Shown: in pieces, positions 54,087 through 64,000 of the stretch
Layout: every line of letters starts with the position of its first letter
Position numbering within the stretch: the first letter of the stretch is position 1
Made by a program: the position numbers and the translations under genes
Notes under the pieces: model-generated
Told to the model about the DNA's origin: nothing
Databases searched by the model: none
The model's input: only the letters and a program-made list of their open reading frames with translations
NCBI RefSeq assembly: GCF_006345805.1
Contig: NC_043010.1
Coordinates: 4,340,001 to 4,404,000 of the forward strand
Reading direction: 5' to 3'
DNA: 64,000 nucleotides
Source of the DNA: Octopus sinensis
Lineage: Eukaryota

Positions 54087-54759
54087 CAGATGGTGAACAC
54101 ACAGAACAACAGTTGGCTTGCTGTGTCCCCAAAACATGTACCAAGAGTGATAAAAATCAAACTTCTAGTTAACATCATGGTGGATCACTAGTGATGGTGA
54201 CGTTATGCTTCTATACATCTATCCACATAGCCTCAGTCTCAATATGGAGGCCTACATCAAGTACCTCGAAGAAGTAGTGCTACCCTGGGTCAAGAGGGTG
54301 GCTACTGTAAGACCATATGTCTGGCAACAGGACTTTGCACCATGACACACAAGCAGGAGGGCCCAGGTATGGCTGTCAGGCAATTTCTGTGACCACATCA
54401 TTCCTAACATCTGGCCACCTACCTCCCCACACTGCAACCCCCTTGATTATTATGTGTGGGGTGCAGTTGAGTGAGAAACCAACAAAACTCCTTATAACAC
54501 CAAAGATGAACTAAAGGCAAGGATTATGGCAGCATTCACCAACTTAAACAAAGAGACCTCCCAGAAGAGTTGCAGGAGAATCTGAAGTCATCTGGAGGAC
54601 ATGGTTGATGCCAATGGCGATTTTATTGAATTAAATTTACTCTTTAGTATTTCAAGACATTTTTATGTAATTTTGGTAAATATATCTGTTAAAATGAGAT
54701 GTCAAGTGTTATTTTCATTTTTGCATAATTTAGATGGCAGTTTATTCACTCCACCCTGA
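54087..54759 (+). mobile_element. maT (DD37D) transposon 3' remnant with right TIR
   Basis: QMVNTQNNSWLAVSP...TSDGDVM...YVWQQDFAP*H...IWPPTSPHCNPLDYYVWGAVE, with 37 residues counted between D2 and D3; the element ends CTCCACCCTG. Confidence 0.88.
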
Positions 54760-55039
54760 ATATATATATACACATATACACACACACACGTGTATATGTT
54801 ATGTATACATGTATATGAACGTTTCTGTATTTATGTCGCTATGTATGTGTGTGTGTATATATACATATATTTTTATTTGTATCTATCCATATATTCATAC
54901 ATACATTACATACATTATATACATACATGCACACATGCATACATCCATGCATACATACATGCATACATATGTATGTATATAGTAACTTTACTACAATTAA
55001 TTTTTTTCAACTTTTCTGTTTTAAATTATTGGCATGTAA

Positions 55040-55793
55040 TTTGAAATTCACGACAGAACAACAATATAAATTAATCAGATTTTATCTACAAAAATCAACG
55101 ACCAAATGTGCCAGTACAAAGAGCTTACATTTGTCATTTTCAGATCAGACAATCACCGTTTAAACTAGCAGTATTCAACTTACTCCAGTGGTTTGAACAA
55201 CAGGGGTCTGTAATTAATTTACCACATGTGGGAAGGCTACATGTAAAGTGGAGCATTGAAGAAGAGCCTCCGACAACAACCTGAAGGCAGTCCCAGCAGC
55301 TGGGTATATCCTGAAGCTCACTATGGAAGATTAAAAGTATGCTGAATTTATTTCCATACAAAGTACAGCTAGTGCAGGAACTGAAGACAGCAGATTATCA
55401 GGTAGGATTAGTGTATGCTGCCCAGATCAAGAAACTCTAAATTCAATTGGCCCTCATGCTCACCTGATTTAATGGCTCCAGACTTTTTCTTGTGGGAATA
55501 TCTGAAAGATAGAGTATACCATAACAAACCTCGAACCAGCCAGCAGTTTAAGGTGAAGAAATTGAAGGAATAAGCCAAGAAACATTGCAAATGGTGATGA
55601 AACTCTCTTTAGAAAGAGCTCACCATTCTCAAGAATGAAATGATGGCCATTTAAAGGAACATCATTTTTAAAACTAATTAAAAATGTTTTTCACGAAGTG
55701 TATTTATTGTTTATGAAAAAATAAATGTAAATATTTAATAAGCAGAAGGGTTATTATATTTTGAAATGATCAAATGATTTTTGGGCCACCCTG
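55040..55793 (+). mobile_element. Internally deleted mariner-like (rosa/maT-type) element
   Basis: FTTEQQYKLIRFY...SQQLGIS*SSLWKI...FPYKVQLVQELK is joined directly to WPSCSPDLMAPDFFLWEYLKDRVY; right end TTTGGGCCACCCTG|TA. Confidence 0.82.
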
Positions 55794-55910
55794 TACATAC
55801 ATACATGCGTACAGACATACATACATACAGACAGACAGACAGACACACACACACACATACACACACACACACATACACACACACAAATTGATGGATTGCA
55901 ATCAGAGTTT

Positions 55911-56213
55911 TCAACCATGATTTTGATCAACTGGTTTTTGATCCGCAGAATTATCAAACTCATGTAAGCGGTTGAGTAATCCACAAACATGTTGCGTATC
56001 CTTAATGCAATTCGCTGGCAGAGTCCGTGTACCACTATGTGACAAGGTCAGGCCTTTGAAGTACAGTATAATCCAGCCACCATGCTTCCATATAATTCCC
56101 ATCTACCCTATTTCACTTACACAGATAGATGAACATGAGGTTACAGAAAATGTTTCTTGACCATGACATCACACAGCGAGATGAAAATGAACAACTTGTG
56201 ATTCAGAAGCAAT
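55911..56213 (-). other. Candidate downstream protocadherin exon, phase 0, with two internal stops
   Basis: After TTTAGCAG|, 101 codons read IASESQVVHFHLAV*CHGQETFSVTSCSSICVSEIG*MGIIW...DQNHG*. The polypyrimidine tract is weak and homology was not verified. Confidence 0.3.
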
Positions 56214-57039
56214 CTGCTAAATTGTGCTTAAACATGTACATAGACACACACCACATATATTCATATACTCTTTCACATACACACCTGCATTCATATGTAA
56301 ATGTTTGTATGTACATTTTTATGAAAAAATACATCATTTAAGCCTAAATTATTTAGGTTAGTTTCTTGTGAGTGGTTGACAGTAAACAGAATCTACTGTC
56401 GGATTTTAATTCACTGTTGAAATGATTTTGCATCAATTTCAATTATAAGCTATTATTGGTAAAGGCATGAACATCACAACACACATCCTTTAAAAGATAG
56501 TTCTGAAATGGTTGCATACTGAAGGTAGTACGTTAGAAATCATAATTGCCAAATGTGTTAATTCTGTAATCTTTAGCTCATCTAGACTTGAGGACTTGGC
56601 CAGAAATTTTGGAAGTCTTACTTGTGATAGTCTGATGTTCTGTTCTGGGAAGATCTATATTCAGTTTTTATTTAATGCCATAAGCTTTCAGTTAATTGCC
56701 AAAACTTGTGAGACACAAGACACTTTAAAGATTCACCTCTTTATAATGCTCAGTATATCTTTTGTTGGTACACAAATTTTTTTCAGTACTCACGATCAAA
56801 ATTTATATATAGCAAATGATAACCCAGGGAAAATAAACATTGGAGATACTTTACCCATGTATTAAGTACAGAAACTACTCAGAAGTATTGCAAGCTCTTT
56901 TAAGTCCATCACAATTTTTAGAAACCCTTCCATATCATCAGCAGATGTTTCAGGGTCACATCTGAATCCTTAGCCTCTATGCTTTGCCTGAAAGGGACAG
57001 CAAGGACTGAATTAGTCTTAGTCTATAAAAGGGTTCCAA

Positions 57040-57330
57040 CTTTGGTCTCTTGCTAACCACAGCTGGCTACTATGCCTATCTCCTTGGTGGCTTCTTCAGC
57101 TATCTGGGTTCTGGTGCACCAATCTAGCTGGAGAGCCATGGTAGCCAAAAGCTTCAATGGAGAATGAGGCCACCTGCCATCCTTCAAGTGCTTCATTGAC
57201 CAAGTCTTGTACGAAATTTTTGTTGAATTCTTTTACTGATAACTCTCTGACTCTTAAAAATCAACTCTTCCATAAAGGATCTTCAAAGACCTTTTTTTTT
57301 CATACAGATGTCCACAGGAGGAAATACTGT
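57040..57330 (-). mobile_element. Degenerate R2-group (Hero/NeSL-like) LINE endonuclease-domain fragment
   Basis: ELSV...QDLVNEALEGWQVASFSIEAFG and SQLWLARDQSW resemble the Y.DLV..C...GW....P.EVG and WLWLKR motifs. Confidence 0.45.
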
Positions 57331-59220
57331 AACACTGAACTCCTGATTGATATTTGAAGAAAATAGTGAGTTCTGCCACAACCATGGGAAGATGCTGGCA
57401 TCAAATCTTAACTGGCATTTGGAAAAGAAATAGCTTATCTAATAGAATAGTGTCACGATCATGCTGTTATGATAACCTACATTTGATATTTCGAAGACTG
57501 AAATGAAAGTAAGGAAAAAAAAAATGTACATTTTCCTATAAATATTTATCTTTCTTTGTTCACTTTAGCTAATACCATTTATAGAGTCCAAAAATATTTC
57601 AGACAACATTGATGTTATGCTGGTATTACAAATGTAAAGGAAGTTACTTATATTTCAATTTACTCAATGATAACACTAAAATAGTCATGAAGTCAGATGT
57701 TATTATAAAATCTGTTCTGTTTATTCTATCTCTATGCAATTCTCTATAAAACCATTCTCGAAATGTACCATCTCTTTTTCACATTAATCATGCTATTAAT
57801 TTTTTCCCTCATAGCCATCTCATTCCTCTTATAGCCAATGAAATCTTCCTTGATTGCTGTATGTGGTATTAACTCTTGCATATTTATTCTGATGCTGCCC
57901 ATTATTTCTATTTGTATGAATATCTGTGCATGGTATTTTAGTATGTGCGTGCGGGTGTATATGTATGGCTGTATGTTTGTCTGTGCATATGTCTGTGCAT
58001 GTGCGTGTATGCGTATGTGTGTGTGTATGTGTGTGTGTGTGTGTGTGTGTAGTTGTGTGCATGTGAAAATGTACTTCTGCCTGTCAACTAGATTTAATCA
58101 AGGGCATGTCCCTCATCATACAATGATTCAACTAAATGTATTATACAAAAAAAAAAAAAAAATGCTAGTGTGTTCTGAGGTGCACAGTAGGACAGAAGAT
58201 GTTAATCAAGGTTTCAATACAATGCTGGTAATTCTATAATCCAAATGTTTAGACTTCTATCTGAAAGACTGAATCAATTAATTAGGAGTTACATTGTAAA
58301 ACACACTTGGATGTGTGAAAACAGGAGGAAGCAAGGAATATTTATTAATCAATCAATAAGCCAAGATTCAACACTAATGGACAGATAAAGACATGATATC
58401 AGCACTGTTTAGTAACATGACACATTTTCCTTCTGTCAAATGTCACTATCACTTAACTATAGCCTCTATATCTTCACTGATAGTTGATTAAATTTGTTAC
58501 TTCTTTTTTACTATTGCTTCTTGTAACTCGATTCTCTATGTAACTTTTTTTTTTCTATTATCAATTGATATGATAAATTTGTTGAAAACTATCAATCACA
58601 CCTTAACATCCTTTTGCATTGGTCTGTCTTTGTACAATGTTGCAATTACCAGGCCTTGTATTCTGAATGTGAACTGAGAATTTTCTCAAATACTTTTGCA
58701 AAAATTTTTTTTAACTCAGTTTGAATGAAATAATTAAATTCTTGAAAGTCTTTTCTGATGTCAAATAATCTAATGACACAAATTGAATAAAGATAATTAG
58801 AATAACTGAAAGAAATATTAAGTTAGAAGAATATATAAAATGATCTCCTACACATCTCATAGAAGTATTCAATTACAGATTCTTAGTATTCTCTCAGCAA
58901 ACTTCCTTTTTTTTTTTATACTTATTTTAGCATTCTCTTAAATAGTTTTTCTCCCAGAGAAATCATGTGAGAATATAAGAGTGGGCACCATCTCAGAATA
59001 CTCGAGTATTTATATCAGGTGACATAAGAATATTTCAAGAAATAGGAGTCTATTGTGTAATCACTTTCTGTACAAATTCTATTACTGCTGAAGCTATGTA
59101 TTTAAGTTGGATTTGAACCAAAATTCTATTAATTCCAAGTTCTGATTTAGTAGAGTTTTCTTATTGATATTGATTAAGTAACAAAATATTTCAATAGAAA
59201 TTATAAGTGTAAAAACTTAC

Positions 59221-61632
59221 CTGATGTGTCCCTTGGATAATATTTTGGTGTAATATTCCTGTTGGGGAATTTTTCCAATTTTGTCCAGGTTTATGTCTGG
59301 GAAGTGATTCTTTTTTAAGTGTAGCTGTCTGTGTATTTCTTTTCATGCTGTTGTCAGATACCATTGTAATAGAAATATCATATTGAGGAGAGACAGTCTC
59401 AGAAACATATTCTGATGGTCTCCTCTCTTCAGCAAACTTATTATTCCCACCTACATCGTTAGTATAGAGAAATTTTCTTTGGTTGTTTTTCTGAATGATA
59501 CATATTGCAATGGAAACCACAATAGCAACAGATACAATGACAGCTGCAATAACTATGACAGCAACTAAATTAAAATGTATCTTTTTATCAGCCTCTATGC
59601 CTATAGGTGTAAACATCTTAGACGTATTGTTACTGACAGTCAGTGTCAAAGACAGTATAGTTGTTGCTGATAAAACTGGTGTGCCACTGTCTTTGACAAC
59701 AAACTGAAGATCATATAATCCTGCATCATTTTGGTAAACTGTTCGATAATAAGACAAAGTTCCTGTGTAAGGATTTACTGTAAATAATTGTTTTCCATTT
59801 CCAGAAAGTATTTCATATTTGAGGAAAGCATTCACGTGACTGTCTCTGTCGGAAGCTCTCAAGGTTGTAATGTCACTATTACTCTGTGGATGGTAGTGAA
59901 CATCTAAAGTGAAAGGGCTAACACTGGGAAATGTAAAATATGGAGCATTGTCATTTTTATCCATAACTTCAACAATTACAGTGGCAGTGTTACTTAATGG
60001 CGGGATACCATTGTCTTTGACTAAAACCTTAAATTTATAGATGTCTTGTTGTTCCCGATCCAACATTTGAGTTGTTACAATAAATCCAAAGTTGGATATC
60101 TTAAAAGGTAAAGCATGGTTGTGGTCATTCAACAAAGAGAAAGAAAGTCGACCACCAGATCCTTGGTCTTGATCAGTTGCATTTATCAAACCAATTGGAA
60201 AATTTGGTTTCTCATTTTCATAAGTTAAAAATTTGAAAACATCACGAGTAAAATGTGGTTGTATGTCATTGACATCTTTTACTTGGACTGTAAACATTCT
60301 TTTGGTTAGTAACGGTGGCATCCCTTTGTCTTCGCATTCAACTGCAAAATTAAGTTGACTTTGACTTTCTCTGTTTACCGTATTTTTGATGACTACTTTG
60401 TATTTGTTTGTTCCCAGACTTCTGAGTTCCAGTTTGTCGTGTTCGAGCTGACAGGAAACCTCTCCGTTCAAACCAACATCATTGTCTATAACTTTCACAT
60501 AAGCAATGAAACTCCCAACTTTTACTCCTTCCGATATTGTTACTCGGTTGCCTTCAAACTTTGAAACAAACTTCATATCGATTCTTGGAGCATTATTTTC
60601 TTCATTTAATATGTTTATCAAAACAATAGCAGTTGAACTTAAGGGAGGATTACCATTATCAATAGCTTCAATATAAAGCTTATACATTTGTTTCCTTTCA
60701 CCATAGTTTGTCCGAGACTGGAAAATCTCTCCGGTTTTTTCATTAATTGTAAAATGAGATTTTGCCAGAGGAGATGTTTTTGAGCCAAATTGGTATAAAA
60801 TTTCACCATTTTTCCCTGAGTCTAAGTCTGTTGCATGCAAAACAAAAACTGGAATATCTTTCCGAAAACCATTATTAATTGATACATTATATATATCCTG
60901 AGAAAAGGATGGAGAATTGTCGTTTTCATCTGTAACTGAAATCTGAATATCTAAGATGCCTTCCTTTGGTGGTGAGCCACCATCTCTGGCAATAACCTGC
61001 AGAGTATAGCTGTCTTTTAATTCTCTGTCAAGTGCTTCTTCTAACATGATACCAATTTTAGCTGTTCCATCAACCTTTTTATTAACTGATAAAGAAAAGG
61101 GTTCATCTAGGTTCTTGTAAAGCTGGTAATTAATCTGGTTGTAAAGTGTACTAACATCTTTGTCTAAAGCATTTGGTATTGATTTCATAAAACCTTCTCT
61201 ATCAGTTTCAGAAAATTGAAGTTTGATTTGTTTGCTGGAGAATTCAGGGGCATTGTCATTAATATCATCAATGATTATTTTAATTTCCAAAATTCGGACA
61301 AAAGATTCCTCATGCCTGACTGCAATCTCTACCATTTTAAAACATTCTGAATTATATTTACAGAGGGATTCAGCATCTAATATCTGTGTTGTGTACATTT
61401 TACCTGAGTTGGTTATGTTAAACAGTTCAAAATCTTCGCTAATACTTTCATGTAACTGGCTGAATGTAACAGAGCCATGTTCTTGAGGAGGCATGCTGTC
61501 CAAAAAATGAGTTTCATCAGCAATATTCCCTATAAATGTACCTGGACTGTGTCCCTCTGGCACGTGGAAGATAACATCTACAGACAATGATTCTCCAAGA
61601 ATGAACAATACTACACAAAATTTTAACATCAT
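59221..61632 (-). CDS. Pcdh: Protocadherin (cephalopod expanded type), large ectodomain exon: signal peptide, EC1-EC6, TM helix and proximal cytoplasmic tail; 804 codons from the first in-frame ATG to a phase-0 donor
   Basis: The 815-aa ORF has six cadherin repeats (DINDNAP, DENDNSP, NEENNAP, DVNDIQP, DKNDNAP; LDRE, DxDxG), a Cys-X5-Cys motif in EC1 (CKYNSEC) and a TM helix LVAVIVIAAVIVSVAIVVSIAICII. The track start at 61638 is TTG; the first ATG is 61632. The donor CAG|GTAAGT lies at 59221/59220, after ...GTHQ. The symbol is family-level only. Confidence 0.96.
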
Positions 61633-61690
61633 TTTCAATCATAAGTTAGCTGAGAAAACTGATTAATTTGTTTCAACTCCAAATAAGTCT

Positions 61691-61714
61691 TCACTGAGAA
61701 GTAACAGTAGCCAT
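61691..61714 (-). promoter_or_regulatory. uORF (MATVTSQ*) in the protocadherin 5' UTR
   Basis: AAGATGG (strong Kozak context) at 61714 and TGA at 61693-61691, inside the predicted exon. Confidence 0.5.
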
Positions 61715-61740
61715 CTTGATTTTTTCACTCACGAAGTAAA

Positions 61741-61770
61741 TCTGGAAAAAAGTTGATTATTTTTCAATTA
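61741..61770 (-). promoter_or_regulatory. 3' splice acceptor of the protocadherin coding exon, implying an upstream non-coding exon
   Basis: The minus strand reads TCAACTTTTTTCCAG|ATTTAC, with the exon starting at 61741, 109 nt upstream of the ATG. Confidence 0.65.
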
Positions 61771-62638
61771 GTGAAACATTATTTTTTTCAAGACATTTAG
61801 AATTGATTTTTCACTCAATAAAATTAAAAGTACTTATTAAAATTTATCATTTATTCATTTACTTTTTTTTATATTTCTGTCTTTACAAAATTAGCTTAGC
61901 ACAAAAATACAAATCTTAAATTAAAATCTGTGTAGATCTAAATTAAGAAGGAGTGTTTACTAAATTTTTTGGTTTCCGTCCAAACTAATCTAGTGAAGCT
62001 TCAGCAAAGCCATGAGTAAATAGCATTATGAGTTTAAATTCCAATTTACTTCTATAAGCAAAGGTTTCACACTTTCACACCATTTTTGGTTGGAAAGCAT
62101 AGCAACAATATATTCATCACAGAAAATTTTTTCATAGATTATAAATGCTTCATAATCTAATTTGGCCAAGGTGATGAAAATGAAAATCTATTTTCATAAA
62201 TGCCATATATTATTGTGAAAAGCTGCCTATTTGAAATAAGTGAAATACATTATTTGCAGATTAAGTAGGTTAAAGGGGAAAAATAAATTGAATATGAAAG
62301 GTTGAATAGATTGCCCCTTAGGATAAAGAGAATAAAAATTACGAATAAATTCATCTAACTTGGTGAAATTTTAATAGCAGCTTCTTAGCCTATATTTTGT
62401 CTAAGATATGAAGAGAACAATCTATCTTTCTTTCTCTCTCTTACACCCATCCATGTAGGTGTCTTTGCTTAGATGCATCTGCATTTCCTTCTCTTTATCT
62501 CTCTCTGTCTACATTCAAAGATGTATGTGAGCATATACACACACACATATATATATACATATACATACATATATAAATACGTACACACATATATATATAG
62601 TATGCATGTATGTATATATATATCTTTTATACATAGCC

Positions 62639-62680
<42 letters not shown>

Positions 62681-62770
62681 TTGCATGTCTTTTAGCAGTG
62701 GCTTGTCAGTTTCAAAGTGGTTTAGAATGAGAAAAGTAAGCTCCTTCCCAACACTTGCTTAGGGTCTCAC

Positions 62771-63000
62771 CTTGGGGAAATAACAAAACCTCACCCACTA
62801 GATTCAATTCTTTCTTTAGACTCCAAAATTTCATTCACCTGAATAAAGATGTCCAAAATGACTGCAAGTCTATGTCTCATGCCGATAATATCCGGTTATT
62901 GGTAAACCTAGCAGAGCTGACAATGGAACAGATGGAGAGTAGTGGAATCCCAGTTCAATTTAATCCTGTTTCAATTCACGTGAGTTGTTAGTGCAGATTA
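62771..63000 (-). other. Possible non-coding first exon or promoter region of the protocadherin
   Basis: Unique sequence ending in AAG|GTGAGA at 62771/62770, with alternative GTGAGG and GTGAAT donors nearby and a TCACGTGA palindrome near 62975. Confidence 0.2.
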
Positions 63001-63069
63001 CAAATGTTTCAATAAAACCTTAATTCAGTCTTGATAATTTTGTCTTCAACCAAACTGAGATGATATCCT

Positions 63070-63102
63070 TATATATATATATATATATATTTGTACACAC
63101 AC

Positions 63103-63138
<36 letters not shown>

Positions 63139-63850
63139 ATTATATTATATATATTATTTATGTGTGTATTTAAATGTGTGTCTGTCTGGTGGTGGGGAAG
63201 GCAGAGAGAAGGAGATAAAAAGAGATATTTAACTGTTGTAAATCCATTTTCCCATGTTAGAACGGGTGAATGGTTTTGCATATTTAGATATTTGCATATT
63301 GTTGGAGCAAATGTTTTTACAGTTGGATGCCTTTCCTAATGTTAACTAGCCAACCATAAAGCGGGGCTGAGACTATTTTTCAGCTACCTATGCTGAGGCA
63401 ATGCACTTTGAACTCATTAAAGTGTGGTCAGCAGTCCAGCACATCATATTAATGGCCTTTGCATCTCTGTCTATAGATGCCTGCGTATATATGTGTGTAT
63501 ATATGTATATATATATATGTGTGTATGTGTGTGTGTGTGTGTGTTTGTGATATATGTATATATTATGTATGATTGTTAGTATATGTTAGTGTGTAAGTAT
63601 CTACATAAGTGTATATGTATGCATATTTGTATGAATGAATGTATCTGTCAATTCATTAAAACGCACACACATGCATATGTACACATACTCACACACATTT
63701 AACTAGCTACATGTATATATCTAAATGCATGTATTGGAGGGTATTTATACTCGTCTCCACATTGCAGAATGGCTGTTTCTTACACATATTTGCATACACA
63801 CTTGCACATATGCATGCATGCATCATACATACTTACATACATACACCTTC

Positions 63851-63900
<50 letters not shown>

Positions 63901-64000
63901 CTATATATATATGTGTGTATATACATGTATGCATGTATATATATATATATATATGTACACATGAAATTACACACATATTCACATATGAATATTTGTATGT
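63070..64000. repeat. Compound (TA)/(CA)/(TG) microsatellites upstream of the protocadherin exon
   Basis: Directly visible. Confidence 0.9.

Noticed and set aside
58930-59100. Possible nearby second exon just below the donor
   Set aside because: Each AG tested gives a stop within a few codons in phase 0.
59495-61486. Plus-strand ORFs overlapping the protocadherin
   Set aside because: They are antisense shadows of the coding exon.

Overview
This is AT-rich, repeat-saturated eukaryotic DNA, almost certainly from an octopus. That assignment is inferred from the protocadherin type and the SINE complement. The only well-supported gene is a minus-strand, cephalopod-type protocadherin. Its giant exon (61741..59221) encodes a signal peptide, six cadherin repeats, a transmembrane helix and the start of the tail, and ends at a phase-0 GTAAGT donor. 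The rest of the window is intron or intergenic DNA. It holds four tRNA-derived SINE families, 3' ends of RTE LINEs carrying a hairpin minisatellite, and R2/Hero-like and Penelope-like remnants. It also holds Tc1, maT and rosa-type transposase relics, hAT and piggyBac-like MITEs, a Helitron, and dense microsatellites. Almost all ORFs in the supplied track are microsatellite artefacts. The most unusual structure is a set of inverted duplications and fold-backs that independent TE insertions do not explain (arms of about 23, 36, 105, 135, 150 and 230 bp). A candidate downstream exon at 56213..55911 is in frame with the donor but carries two internal stops. Transposon and SINE boundaries were read by eye and are approximate unless a TSD or TIR is quoted.
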